From: the human T2T-CHM13v2.0 reference genome, Homo sapiens
NCBI RefSeq assembly: GCF_009914755.1
Contig: NC_060927.1
DNA length: 64,000 nucleotides
Direction: 5' to 3' (one strand)
The notes below the pieces were generated by a model, which did not search any database, was not told the origin of the DNA, and saw nothing but the letters and a program-made list of their open reading frames with translations. A program made the position numbers and the translations under genes. Shown here piece after piece: positions 40,786 to 55,821 of this stretch; within the stretch, counting starts at the first letter, position 1, and every line of letters begins with the position of its first letter.

Positions 40786-43741
40786 TTGGGTAGATTATGT
40801 CAGAGGGAGGATCTGGGACTCAAGGGCTGCTATTCAGATTATTTTGTCCCACAGGGTGATCCCTTGATGGGGTGTTCTCCCCCTTCCCCTAGGGATGTGG
40901 CTTCCTAAGAACCAGACTGTAGTGACTGTTATTTCTCTTCTGGGTCTAGCCACCCAGCAGAGCTACTGGGCTCCAGGCTTATAATGGGGAGGGTCTGTAA
41001 AGAGTCCTGAAATGTGATCTATCTTCAGGCCTCTCAGCCATGGATACCAGCACGTGCTCTGGTGGAGGTAGCAGGGCAGTGAATTGAACTCTTTGAGGGT
41101 CCTTGGTTGTAGTTCTGTTTAGTGTGCTGGTTTTCTTGAATGCTGGTTGTACTAGCCGTGGAGTTGTCATGTGGACAGACTCAGGTTAGCCAGGATGTTA
41201 CAGGCAGTGGAATCAACTGTTGTTTTCTTTCTTCAAGTGGGGTTGTTCTTTTGTGAGTTACTGAATGGCTTGAGTAGGTTGGCCTCCAGCCAGTTGGTGG
41301 CACTTTTGAAGAGAGCATCAGCTGTGGTAGTATAGTGGGGATACAAGCTTGCCCTAAGGTTACCTGGATAAGTATTCAAGTTAGTAGGTAGGGCCACAGA
41401 GCTCCCAAGAGATTATATCCTTCGTCTTCAGCTACCAGGGCAGGTAGAGAAAAACCATCAGGTTAGGGCAGGGTTAGGTGTGTCTGAGCTCAGACTCTCT
41501 TTGGGTGGGGTTTGCTGTGGCGCTGTGGAGATGGGGGTGTGGTTCTCAGGCCCATGGAGTTATGTTCCCAGGGGGATTATGGTTGCCTCTGCTGTGTCAT
41601 ACAGGTCACCAGGGAAGTAGAAGAAAACCAGCAGTGACTGGCCTTACCCAGTTCCCATACAGCCAGCAAGGCCAGTTTCACTCCAACTGTGCCCCACCAA
41701 CAGCACCCAGTGTATATCTAGGCAACCAGTGAGTATGGCTGAGATCTTGCCCCAGGCTACAAGCCTCCCTGCTAAGAAAGAAACCTGGGCTTTCAGGCCC
41801 CACTGCTCTCTCAACTGCCATGGTTTCTTGCGCGCATATCTGCACTTCCCATTCACTGCCCCCGCAACCTCAGATTCTGCCCAGGAAGTTGAAATTATTA
41901 CAAATTTCAGCTGGAAATTTTCTTCTCCATGTGGTCCTTCCCCAATTCTACTGGCAGCCCCCCCCAAGGGTCCCTGTGAGAGAAAGTCAGAAATGGCTTC
42001 CCTGGGGACTGTGTGCCCACAGGGCTCTTCCTGCTGCTTCTACCTTTATGTTTCACTTGGCTCTCTAAATTTGTTTGACTTCTAGGTAAGGTTAAATCCT
42101 TCTCCCATGATCTGGATTTTCAGGTTCCTCCGTGAGGATGTGTGTTCAGAAGTGGACTTTCCCCCATCACACTTTGGGCACTCAGAGTTTTTCGGCTGTC
42201 CCACAGAGTTTACAGTGGCAAGCCACTTCCTTCAAAGGGTCTGTGAATTCCTTCAGTTTTTCTGGTATGTTTCTGCAGTAGTTCCTGAAGCAAAAGTTCA
42301 CAGTGTGAGTCTCCACACACTGTTCTGTCATCCAAGTGGAACCTGCAAGTTAGTCCTGCCTCCTAGCCAACATTTTTGAAACCTCTCGATAATAATTTTA
42401 TATTAGTTTATCTCTGTACTTTGCTTTTTAAAACCCCAATATTGAATTTATTTAAAAAGTATTGAGTATCCATTCTGTTCCAAGCATACATATATTTGTT
42501 CACTTATCAAGTTCCTCATTATCATAATGTTTTCCATGTCCATGGTCAGGAATGAAAATTCTTTGTACAAATTCAGGTAATGCATTTAGCCTCAGTGGGC
42601 CTTAATCTCTTCATTTATAAAATAAGGCCACTTCACAGTCCTTTTCCAGCTCAAAAAATATGTGATTTGTGAAAATGTATGAGTTGTTTTGATTAGAAAA
42701 AAAAAAAAATTCTTACATACATTTCAAGGGCTGGTCTATATATTCTTAACTGGTTATAATTCTTATATAACCCTTAAAATGATATAATTTTTCCTATAGT
42801 CTTTAAAGTTTAGGCTGAAGCTAAGGTAAATCTTTTTGGGTGAAATTTCCCCTAATTTGGGGATTTGGATATGATATATTTTTACATGAAATTTGTTTTT
42901 ATTCCATCTCAATTTATGTATCCAGGCACTAGTTTCCACCAAAATAGAAAGGCAGAGAAGCTCCACGTTTGGGGGCCAGCTAAAAGAGATGTAAACAGAC
43001 ACTTTCCCATCCCTCTGAGAACATAAAAAAAATGAGACAGGCTCCTGAACTCTAGGCCACGGTTTCAAGGCTGGTCCATCACCATTAACTACAGGACCCA
43101 CATAAACACCCTGGATGCTCCAACATAACTCCCATTATTATCGATAAAAGTTACACTACTATACCAAGGGGAAAGAAAAGCCACAATAAGGCTTTTAAAA
43201 AGCTATTTAATATATCAGCTTTCACAAAGATAGACGGTATCACTAAGACAAAACAAGAAAAGATGTGCCCAACTTTACAAGGTATTGGCACTGTTAATCA
43301 TATTTTGAAATATTGCTGGCATATATCTTAGAAAACACAACACAGTTGCCATATTTCCAGTGGGAGAGATGACAGTTTTAATGTTGAGATACACTGATAA
43401 TTCCAAGCCCTCTTTTTTGCCCTTATTTGGGATAAACCAAGCCCTGTTTCTTCTCCCTATATGGGAAGTAGATTGGCAACCAGGTGGGTTCCAGAAGCTT
43501 AAGTCCTTAATTTTAGAAGTGATATCCTAAAGCACATTGTACATTCTACCATATTCCATTACAAAGATATTATAAAATTGTATTAAACAAATAACTGTAT
43601 AAATACATGCATGTGTATATAAATGTTCTAATGTTATAAAATTATCTACATTAATATATATTTTATGTCTGTACGCAATATGTTAAAATGTTATAAATTC
43701 ATATACCTATGTAATTTTAGATCGACTTACACAAAGGAAAG

Positions 43742-43880
43742 GTCATTTTACTGCCCATTTTGCTGATAAGGAATGTGAAGTTAATATCTTGCCCAAAGTC
43801 CCCAGATTACATGTGGCAAAAGCAATATGTGGCCCTCTTCTGCTTCCAAATTCAGGGCTCTTTTCACTCTACCATCCTGG
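43742..43880 (-). mobile_element. MIR fragment
   Basis: CCCATTTTGCTGATAAGGAA…CTTGCCCAAAGTCCC. Confidence 0.6.
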
Positions 43881-44053
43881 CTTTGCAGCATGAGATTGTT
43901 TACAGATAGGAAGATACATAGACCTGATCCAGGAGGACACAGGTTTCTTATTCTAGCTCCGTGTATCACTATGATGCTTTACTGAGAAATAAACCCCCTG
44001 GGCTTGCTGGCTTTGCAGTTCTTTCCCCTGACTTCAGTTAAAAGTTTAATAAC

Positions 44054-44532
44054 TATGGCAGATATTTTGGGTCGCTAGTCTCTCCTTAGTCCTTGCTAAA
44101 AGTATCTTTATTTTCTTCAGTGTAGCAATTTGCACATTTAAAGTACTCCACCTTCCAAATCCCCTTGCATCAAGGAGTAGCCATGTGACACAGTCTGGGC
44201 CACCTAGATGTAAAGACAGTCACTGGATGGGGCTTCTGGGAAAACTGTTTGAACAGGAGCTGAATTGTTGGCTTTACTCTTTATCTTATCCACTTCATCC
44301 TTTTTCTTCTTCCTGCCTGAAATACACACACAATGCTGAAGAGGTAGCAGCCAGCTTGCAAACATGAAGGGAACTGGTACATATTTAATTAAGAGAGTAG
44401 GAAGGTAGCAAAAAGCCTCCGTGTGAGTCCTGAACTTCCTAACTTCAGACCTCTTGTTCTGGGAAAAACATAGGCCCTTGGCTTGTGAAGCTACCATAGC
44501 TGCTGTGATGGAACTCAATCCTAGCTGGTATA
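44054..44532 (+). mobile_element. MLT1J-like MaLR solo LTR
   Basis: TATGGCAGA…CCCTTGCA…GCCATGTGACACAGTCTGGGCCA…GGGGCTTCTGGGAAAACT…GCAGCCAGCTTGCAAACATGA. Confidence 0.75.
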
Positions 44533-44719
44533 TTAAAACCAACTAAAAGTGGGAAGAAGAAAAACGTTAGCTGGAACCAGAAGTAAATCCGAGGTTTGTC
44601 TCACAGGCAGAGACTGTTGCATATAACTAGCAAGTCTCCCATAAGCTATCCACCTCTGGGTCTCCCACCACGAATGCCTTGAGTTAGGGTCTCTGCTGAT
44701 GTTTCTAGAGAAGTGAGCC

Positions 44720-44910
44720 TTATGGTTAGGTTTTTATAACTTTGTCACTCTATGTCTCTATTTCCTTACTTGCAAAACGGGGATAAGAAATAATAAGACT
44801 TACCTCTGAGGATTCTCCTAAAGAGTTAATGAGGTAATATATATAATATGCTTAGAATAATGCCAGGCATACTGGAAGCATTTAATAATGCTACCCATTA
44901 TTACTATCAT
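44720..44910 (+). mobile_element. MIR fragment
   Basis: TTTCCTTACTTGCAAAACGGGGATAAG…CTTAGAATAATGCCAGGCATA. Confidence 0.7.
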
Positions 44911-45669
44911 CTGGAAGAAGAGGCAGATCATTCTTGATTGTGCATAGCCAAGAACAACTAACTCCCAGAGACACAGTCCCAGCCATTCAATTCTCCTCTG
45001 TCCATAGACAGGATCCTGGAGAGAAGGACACTTCCTTCTCCCCATTCTTTCCCACACAAAAGTTACCAGGAGTTTGGGAGTTTGCCCAGTGATCGTGATG
45101 AAATAAGAATAATTATTATTATATGTATAGATTTGGAGGTTATAGCATAAGTATCAAACCTGGTTCTTCTATTCAAGGAACTCATGATCTGGTAAGGGGA
45201 AGCAGTGGGGAATAAGGAACTGTTTATTCCATAATTCAAGCATTGTGACGTGTTGTTCTGTGAAATGCTGATAATAATAGTATGAGGTTTCGGAGAAAGA
45301 AGGTCTCAATATTCTCAATATTTACCTAACTCTTTCATCAAAGATTTATTGGGAGTCTTGAACTAAATATTTAAAATAAACAAAGAAGAGAATAAGAATG
45401 GAACAGAGTCAAGTGTACCTTAGAAGAGTTCTGATAGGATGTGAATGCCCTCAGGATAGGAATATTATTTTATTCATTTGAAAACCCTAATAGAAATACA
45501 GTTCCTGGCATATAGAATAAAGTTTCCTAGTTGAGTTTTTTGGATAGTTTTCAGCCTCTAGGATTTTGCCTTCGCAAAAACCACAGTTATTCAACACTTT
45601 TACTTCTGGCTGGGATGGAACAGCTTGTAACAGACCAGTGCTCCCAGGAAGAACTAGAAAAGCCAGACA

Positions 45670-45722
45670 ATATAAAATAAAATATAAATATAAAATAAAA
45701 CTAAAATATAAATATAAAATGT
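45670..45722. repeat. AT-rich (TAAAA/TATAAA)n simple repeat
   Basis: Direct reading. Confidence 0.8.
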
Positions 45723-46581
45723 AAATCTGTTTTTAAGGTATCAGAGATCTGCCAAAGCCTCCAAGATTTTGAGGGGTCAACCCCTCTGAAAAAGGAAATG
45801 CAAAACTCATGCCCCCTCAGGAATTTTCTCATTCTTAGTTTCATAAGGCAAGAGGTTAAGAAGCCAAGCAAAAGAAAAGTTGCCAAAAAGCAGAATGGAG
45901 TTTTCAGAATCTCATGGTGCCAGAAAGACAAAACTTGAAATTTAGGAGGAGAGGCTGTGGAAAACATTCAGGCTCCTCTTGGCATCCCTAGAGGACAACA
46001 CCATAAGGGTAGGTGGACCCAAGGTAGACCTGGGCTGAGAAAGACGAAACTTTCTCTCCAGTCAGCTGAGCCCTTGATTCAATCGAGATTATGCACTCCC
46101 TACTCTAGATACCTAGATTTACCTACAGAAAGGGTGAAGCCTCTCTGAAGAATGATAGCCCTTATAATTTTTTTCATCTAGAGCCTTTATAATTTTTCAT
46201 ATACAACGTTCCTCGCTCTACCAAAACTTACCAGACATACTAAGAAATAAGACCAGGAAAAAACAGATAATAAAACAGACCATAGGTGATCCAGATATTA
46301 TAATCATCTTTAAAAGCAATGTGCTGAATATATTTAAGAAATAAATGATCAGATGGGGAATTTTACCAGAAAACTGGACTTTATTAAAGAATCAAATAGA
46401 AATTTCAGAACTGAAATGTATATTAACTAAAATGAAGATCTTAGGCTTAGTAGCAGATTGGACACCACAGAAGAACGGATTAGTGAACTGTAAGATAGGT
46501 CAGGAGAAAGTATTCAGACTGAAGCACAAACAGATAAAAGGATGGAAAATGCAGAAAACAGCAAAAAGACATTGAACATTT

Positions 46582-46882
46582 TCTTTTGTTTTTTTTCTTT
46601 TGAGATGGAGTCTCCCTCCGTCGCCCAGGCTAGAGTGCAGTGGCATGATCTAGGTTCACTACAACATCTGCCTCCCAGGTTCAAGTGATTCTACTACCTC
46701 AGCCTCCTGAGTAGTTGGGATTATAGGTGTGCGCCACCAAGCTTGGCTAATTTTTGTTATTTTTAGTAGAGACAGGGTTTCACCATTTGGCCAGGCTGTC
46801 TCAAACTCCTGACCTCAAGTGATGCACCCACCTCGGCTTCCCAAAGTGCTGGCATTACAGGAGTGAGGCACTGCACCCAGCC
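46582..46882 (-). mobile_element. AluS (Sx/Sz-like)
   Basis: Antisense full Alu. TSD TGAA(C/A)ATTTT on both sides. Confidence 0.94.
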
Positions 46883-47103
46883 TGAAAATTTTCAACATAT
46901 ATATTTTGATTTGTAGAAAGAGTAAAGAGATAAAAAAGCAATTTTAAAAAGAAAAAAGCCGCAAATTTTCCAAAATTAGTGGGAGATATCATTACAGGTT
47001 AAAGAACACAATTTGAATTCCAAGCTGGATAAAACCCAATTACTCAAAGCCAGTTTCATCCAACACTATGAATTTGTTGATGGTTTAGAAGTGAAGCCAT
47101 GTG

Positions 47104-48267
<1,164 letters not shown>

Positions 48268-48695
48268 AAGTAAGGCCATGTGAAGCCACTTGAATTTATG
48301 TTACTTAGGCTAGAGAATGAAGCACTAGTGTTAAATTTGACCTCAACTTTGCCTTTAAACCAGAGTAAGCCTAGGCAGTTCAGGCTAAGATAAAATTACC
48401 CTGGCTTAACTTTAGAACCAGAATAAAAATAAAAATTTCAGCTCTGCGATATTATTTTTTAATACACTCTGAAGTGACAAGAGACTGTATCTCAAACTGT
48501 ATTACCATCTTAATAACTTTTTCAGCTTTTTGGATGAGTTCTGATATTTTCCTGGAAAAATCTGGCTTCTTTGACATTTGAGCGCTATTATTTAGCACTG
48601 TTACTTTCATTTTTTTCTTTTATGAAATTGGCCATCATCTTCATTAGAAAAAAAAAAAAGATGCCAAGTGTCACAAGCTGTGAATTTCTTTTTCT

Positions 48696-48721
48696 AAAAA
48701 AAAAAAAAAAAAAAAAAAAAA
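48696..48721. repeat. Poly(A) tract (26 nt)
   Basis: Direct reading. Confidence 0.9.
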
Positions 48722-50045
48722 TTGAGTATTTTTTTTTCCAGAAGCTTATAGTTATAGGCCAAAGCTTCCCTAATAACTTTTTACTGAATATTTCAGGATT
48801 TTTTTTTTCTGGACAAGATCCACCTGGAGCTTTTCAGAGGTTGCTGATAAGGGAAGAAGAGCCTAATCTTGGACAGTGAAAATCTTATTTAGAAATTGCT
48901 CATGCTTCAACTGCTCGATTCTGATTTGAGGAAAGCAGGGAGGAGTGATATTTGTCAACGTGTCAGTAGATTCTCAGGTTGCTTTACACTTTTTTCAGTG
49001 CTCTTTGTTACTTCATTCTTTCCAGGGGACCTTCTCACTGATGAGCAGTCCTGGCAAAGCCCTGACGGTTTCCTTCCACATTTCAAGGTGTTGGCTGCAC
49101 TCTGTTTAACATTCCGACAGGGTTAGCTTAACTGGACTGGAGTGCTGTGTAGCCAACAGTAACTCACTCCTTGGTAGAAAGTTGACTTGCTAATGCTTAT
49201 TTGCATTTAATTCCCTGGAGCCACCATTTTACCCAAGAGTTACTTCTGACTAGGCCAAAGGGAGACCTGATGGCTAATTTAATATTCTCCATTTTTATGA
49301 AGGATGTGATTCTAGGGAATAAATAATTGACCCAGGGTAGAGAAGGTAAGCATAATATTTTTCACTATCCAGGAATTATGAAAAGGAAAGTTTGAGTAGG
49401 TGCTCAAACATTTTTTGAGCACCTGCTGTTTGCAAGGTTCTTGGCTTAGGGACAGATAGTGGAAGCAGGGGCATGGCGGGGAAGAAAACGCCAACAAATT
49501 AGGCATGGCCTCGTATTTCAAGGGTTGCCCACAAAGAGAAAAGCTTCTTGTGATGTAGTTAGACTCACATTGCAGCTACATGAAACAAGTGAAGATTTTT
49601 GTGGTTTCTGTTCTGAAAGATCATACCAAACTCCTCTTTATACCTACTGAACCTCCAACCCAGTTGTTGATTGCTTCTGAAATAATTAAATTTACTCGCT
49701 ACTTTTTTTTCAGTAACCCAGTAGGTCTCATGCCCAATCAGCATTTATTCTATCCTTTTTTTCTATCTGCAGAAAAGAAAATTTATTATATGGGGACCTG
49801 AAAGAGAAATGCCAGGAATATAATTTCTAAATCCCACCAGGCTAACTATAGATCTGGTTAAATGGCATTTGCAGGTTTCATGTCTCTGTTTGCTCCATGA
49901 GATGCGATCCCTGAGAGGCCAAAGCTATTTTTTAACCGTCTCTTAATCCCCAGAGACCGGAGCAGAGGCCTAGCATTTAGTGGAATGCATGAAAGTCATT
50001 GAAAGCTTTTTCTTTTGAGCCACAAGATTGACAAATAATCTACTA

Positions 50046-50181
<136 letters not shown>

Positions 50182-50412
50182 AACTACTATATCAATAAAA
50201 CAAAATGACAGCCATGAATATACTTGCAAACGTATTATAAGCATTGCTAAACATCAGGCCTTGAGTTTGGTGATGTGGAAATACAAACTTACTTAAGAGA
50301 ACTCCTCTGCTCTCACCTGGCTTGTTATGTGGCTAGAGAATGTCATGTACAGAGATAAAACCATTCAAGGCAATGTGGAGTGAGGCCAGGAATGCCACAG
50401 TAAACACTCTAG

Positions 50413-50606
50413 ATCTGTGTTGTAAAATATGTTCACCACTAACCACATGTGGCAATTTAAATTTAAATGAAATGAAATAAAAAATTCTGTTGTTCAGTCA
50501 TAGTATCTTCACTCCTTGTGTTCAGTAGCTGCATGTGGCTAATGATGCATTATTATAGGGCACAGATATTTCCGTCATCACAGAAAGTTTTATTGGACAA
50601 TGCTGC
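50413..50606. mobile_element. MER3-like hAT relic
   Basis: CCACTAACCACATGTGGC…TTTAAATTTAAA…CATCACAGAAAGTTTTATTGGACAATGCTG. Confidence 0.8.
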
Positions 50607-51134
50607 TCTGAAAGTTCAAAGGAATAAGAAAGCACTTCTGTTATCTTGGTCAAGGGGTTTCATGGCAGATGTGGCATAGGAGCCAGCTCTTGGTGGAGGG
50701 GCAGGACACTAATGAGAAAGGGGGAAGACTGTCCAGAGGGACGGCATGAGCCAAGGGCACTGTTGACACATGTTTGGTCATTAGTAGCAATAATACTGTG
50801 GTCACTATCCCGAGAGTATTCCTTCTCTTCCTGCCTTAGAGGACTCCCATCTCCTAACCATAAGAACTGGCCATCTTTTTTCTTATTACTTTCTTTTTCC
50901 TGTGATTGCTATCTCTCCATTCCCGTGACTCTGACCTTCACCAACATGACCAGGTATCTGTCCATATCCAGGGCTGGCCACATTCAGGTCATGGATATAC
51001 ATACCCACCTTTTGGATATGCTCCAAACTTTATTTAGAGGTTCCAGGAAGGGATCGCTGTGAGTCAGAAGAGTTGTCCTCCTGTATATAGGAAGGGCATT
51101 CACTCCAAAGAAGCACGCAACCTCCATCAGGGAT

Positions 51135-51535
51135 TGTATTTGTCTGCTCAGGCTGCCGTAACAAAATTCCACAGACTGGGCGGCTCAAACAATAGAAATG
51201 TATTGTATCACAGTGTTAGAGGCTAAAAGTCCAAGATCAGGGTGCCAGTGGGGTTGGTCTCTCCTGAGACCCTTCTCCTTGGCTTGCAGCTGGCTGCCTT
51301 CTCACTGCCTTGTCCTCACATGATTGAACCTCTGTGCTTGCACACCCCCAGTGTCTCTTCTTCTTATAAGGATATTGGATAATCTGGTCATATTGGATTA
51401 GGACTCCACCCTAACACCCCATTTTAATTCAATCACTTCTTTAAAGACCTTGTTGCTAAATACAATTATATTCTGAGACACTGGAGGTTGGGACTTCAGC
51501 ATATAAATTTTAGGAAACACAATTAAGCCCATAAT
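51135..51535 (-). mobile_element. MLT1A-like MaLR solo LTR
   Basis: TGTATTTGTCTGCTCAGGCTGCCGTAACAAAATTCCACAGACTGGG…GTCCAAGATCAGGGTG…CACAATTAAGCCCATAA. Confidence 0.87.
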
Positions 51536-52074
51536 GGGGATGAAGGGAGAAAGGGCGTGTGCCTTAAAGCCAGATCAGGCACAGTATCGAGCAGGATGGC
51601 AGAGGCCACAGCCACTACCATCACACCAGGAGCTTGTGCTCACGTATTTTACATTGCCTCAACCCAGGGTGAAAAAAATTGAGCTCATCATTCATACCAA
51701 AGCATCTTGATGGCTGCTAATCATCCCCACCAGCCCTTTGTTTTGATGCCTCTAAGTTATCTTTGCTTCCTTCTCTCTGCCTTTAATGTGGAATGATTTC
51801 CAAATTCTGTAACATTTTCTGGAGTAAATACTGTCTTTCACAACTGTCATTTTTCCTATTTTTACCACCCACAAATTTTTACAGTTACCTAATTGGCTGC
51901 ATTCAGCCCGATCTTTTCGGGATATTTCTGCCAGCCATATCATGTGCTTCTCTCTTCAAAATGGCTTCGGCAGTTCCCCACTGCCTATAGTCCAGTATTT
52001 GATATGTTCCTCAACAGAACCTAACTTCCTGATAGCTTCTGTAGACGTCACTACAAACAAACAGACGGGGGTAC

Positions 52075-52290
52075 TAGGCAGCATGGTAGTCAATAAACTT
52101 CAGTCTTTAGAAAAAGACCGCAAATTCTGGTTTGGCCATTATGCACTGGGATTTGGGACAATGTAACTAAAATTCAGTTTCATCATCATATTTAAGAATA
52201 ATAATCCTTACCTTGAATGATGCTAGGGAGGACACTTCACATTTACAAGAGACCTGCTTAAATATGGTAGGTTCTCAATTAAAGGCACAA
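52075..52290 (+). mobile_element. MIR (degenerate)
   Basis: AGGCAGCATGGTAG…TTCAGTTTTCATCATC…AATAATAATCCTTACCT. Confidence 0.55.
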
Positions 52291-52471
52291 TAATTATTAT
52301 AATCCCTGATTCTACTTTGGATATTGTATTTCTGTCCCTTTGAGCACACTATCCCACCTGCTGGTTGTGACCTCTCCCCTTTTTATGCCTATCTTAGTTC
52401 TGTTCTTGAAAATCTACCTCGTTTTATATATTTGCACATGTGCACATGCATGCACGCACACACACACAGAA

Positions 52472-52940
52472 TTGCAGATAACTGTCAGAGTCCCATTCAT
52501 ATCCTTTTACCCTCCCTTCTACATGCCAAAGGCTGCTTACTGTGAATACTTTCAGTTCTCTGCATGAAGGCTTTTTTTTTTTTTCCTGGCCATGAGAACA
52601 ACCTTGATCCTCATGCAGCATAAGCTGGAAGTGTTAGAAAATTAAACATCCCTAAACAAGAAGATGGGAAGTTGGTGGATAAATCCTCAAGCTCTCTTGC
52701 CCTTTTAGGAGGATAAGTTCCAAGTGTACACTTCATGTCTCCCAAGATCCCTAGCAGGATCGAACTCCAGTTGCCCACAGCGGTAACGTCTCAATAACAC
52801 ATCTTTTATTGCCCCCATCTCTTTACTGTCTCATTTCCCCACTGACCTATCACTTCTTCCTTGGATCTTCCGTATAAACCACTTAAACTCAAAACCTTGT
52901 CTCAATGTCTGTTTCTGGGGGACCAAACCCAAAATAAAAA
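52472..52940 (+). mobile_element. ERVL LTR (LTR16-like)
   Basis: GGAAGTTGGTGGATAAAT…CTCCAGTTGCCCACAGCGGTAAC…TAAACCACTT…CCTTGTCTCAATGTCTGTTTCTGGGG…AACCCAAA. Confidence 0.75.
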
Positions 52941-53027
52941 TATAACATATGTCATCTTTCATTAACTACACTGAACAGGCTCTGTGTCTCATTTCTTGAT
53001 TCCTCAGTAACATCTAATGATGGGCTA

Positions 53028-53367
53028 TGTATTAATCCATTCTCACACTGCTATAAAGAACTACCTGAGACTGGGTAATTTATACAGAAAAGAGGTTTAG
53101 TTGACTCACATTTCTGCATGGCGGGAGTAGCCTCAGGAAACTTACAATCATGGTGAAAGACAAAGGGGAAGTAGGGCACATCTTCCTATGGCCAAGCAGG
53201 AGAGAGAAAGAATGAAGGGAGAAGTGCCACAGACTTTTGAACTCTCAGATCTCATGAGAACTTACTATCATGAGAACAGTAAGGGGGAAATCCACCCCTA
53301 TAATCCAATTACCTCCTACCAGGCCCCTCCTCTAATTAGGGTGGGGACACAAATCCAAACCATATCA
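53028..53367 (-). mobile_element. MSTA-like MaLR solo LTR
   Basis: TGTATTAATCCATTCTCACACTGCTATAAAGAACTACCTGAGACTGGG…GGGACACAAATCCAAACCATATCA. Confidence 0.9.
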
Positions 53368-53566
53368 GACTGCAAATAGCTGGCACCACTCCACACAGTG
53401 ACCACAAGAAAATTGGAGTTATGATTTATGCAAGGTTTCCAGTACTACCAGTTCTTTCTCCATTAAAGAATTGCTAAGGGAAGACTTCCCTGGCTCCAGG
53501 AAGCAGGCAAGTCAAGCAACAACAGTGTATATGCCACCATGGCACTTAAAAAAATAATAACAACAG

Positions 53567-53896
<330 letters not shown>

Positions 53897-55821
53897 TCAA
53901 GTATGACAGTGCCAACGCAGCAAGTACCAATGACCTGGGACTCGCTGGCCTCAGTGACCTAAGCCCATTGCCATGAGCTCACCACTCCTTGTTCCTTAAT
54001 ACCAGAGAAAAATGTGTAGTTCATTAATATCTTTCACTGACATAAGAAAAAAAATTTTCACCTATGTTTTCTTGTTGTTTTCCCAAGAGACCATACAACT
54101 GACTTTTCTTTTGTCATTGAGCATCTGTTAGCAAAGGCTCTGCAAACCTTCTCCTCCTCATCAGCTCGCACACCATATGCCATCATCTGCTGGGGTTGCA
54201 CATTTTCCTGGTTGATAGTCATTGCAAACTTTTTCATGTTCAGAACACATTCATCATAGACTCAGTTTATTCAAAATTTGTGTTAACTCTGTAGTGCCAT
54301 AGGGTGTAAGAACCTTCTCCGGTCACCTTGAATATTTAGGGCTCAGAGAGAACGTGAAATCCCAGAATCTTACACCTTTTAATATAGGCCAATAATACAT
54401 TTAATGTGGGACTGTGTTTGAATTTTCTGAAAATTTAAAAGCACCAAAGAGGTATACAGAGTGCAAACTGCAAAATTATTACAAAGGACTTTGTGTTGAT
54501 GACCTCTCTAATAATGTGCAGAATTCACAGTAGTCAGTAAACCTTAGGTCCATGTGCAAGCCAACTGAGCAACTCTCCACATTTCCTTTCCAAAATTTTA
54601 CCGCACATGTCACCATAGATTCCAAACGTACTTTAATGCCTTTTGTACAATGGTGTCTTACTTTTACCTCCCAGGAATCCTTCAGTGTTTAATCCTTCAG
54701 TGTTCTTTATCAGGGAGTTGTAGAAACAATCAAAATATTGCTAAGTTTTGTCCTAGACAAATCCTAAATCAGACAAGAGTGTGTGCATCAGTTTCTCATT
54801 GCTTTAGATCTTGACAATTTTTTCATGTCTTAGCACTGCTTATACCAGCCCAGTTCTTGTTTTCATTCATTGTCTTAGCCTATAATCCGTTCATCATTCC
54901 CTCTTGATGAGATTTTGTACTTTGGCCAAACAGATTCCCTAAGTTCTGAAAATGACTGATAACAGGACAACAGAGTGTGGGTTAGTCTGTCACAATAGCT
55001 GGCCCTTTCTTTGATTAGCAAATACATATAACCTAAGATACAAATGAGTAGGCCTAGTCTGCCTCCCATAAATTTCCAGTGCCTGGTGAATTAAATGGGG
55101 CTTCTCAGGTGCTGCCTTTAAACCATATCACAAATCTGTCTCTCTTACTTTCTTTTAAGCTGGCAGCAGAATAAATGTTAGGAACATATTGCCGTGTCCT
55201 TTAGTTCTCATCTGAACAAGGCAGTTCTTTTTATCCTAGAATCACAACTGATACCAGCTAACTTTATGAAGAATTATTTCATTCTTGTATTTATTCACTT
55301 TGAATCTTGAGTAGTGAACTCGCTGAGCCTAGTGACATCTGTGTTTCTTTCCCATATACATTTCAGACTTGTTTATTTTCTTTTTTGCTTAATTTGCCTT
55401 ATAGTCCCCTAAGCCCTGTTACAGTAACCTAGAAAACACGGGGGTGTCTAAGCAGAAATTTAACATAAACTGAGTCCTCAGGTCCTCTCACCTGTTTAAG
55501 TTTATAAGAACTAATTTTTGGTATCTCTATGCAGCTTTTTGTCCAGTGACGCCATATTGTTTGATTCTTGAAATGGGCCACAGTCAGAGTATTTACGCCA
55601 CAGAAATCAGCAAACACTGCATATCAGGGCCTCTCCCCTCCTTCCCTCCCAATTCCTGCTCGCTGCCCCAACCCCTGCTCTGCAGAGAGCCACTTGCTCA
55701 ATGTTTAGGAGCATACTACTGGGCAAAGGTCAGCCTGTATTTGACATAAGAAGTCTAGGAAGTTAAAGCCTTACAGAAGCATTTGAAACATTTTCAGAGG
55801 AATTAGAGCTATTTCTTTAAA

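Larger units (their letters stand above)
35707..42387 (-). mobile_element. Full-length LINE-1, L1PB1-like (~6.7 kb), inactivated
   Basis: L1PB-type 3' end (TTTCAATAGGTTTTGGGGGAACAGG…GGTTACATGAATAAGTTC), ORF2 and ORF1 fragments, and an L1PB-type 5' UTR (TAGGAGGCAGGACTAACTTGCAG… on the minus strand). Possible decayed TSD ATAATAA(C/T)TTT at about 35691 and 42389. Confidence 0.92.
45598..47040 (+). mobile_element. Old L1M 5'/ORF1-region relic interrupted by an Alu
   Basis: A-rich sequence with ORF1-like peptide (NQIEISELKCILTKMK…) and AATCAAATAGAAATTTCAGAACTGAAA motif. Confidence 0.6.

Noticed and set aside
54676-54704. 15-bp direct repeat AATCCTTCAGTGTT x2 (similar micro-duplication at about 59452-59480)
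   Set aside because: Ordinary slippage micro-duplications. They have only two units and no spacers, so they are not array-like.
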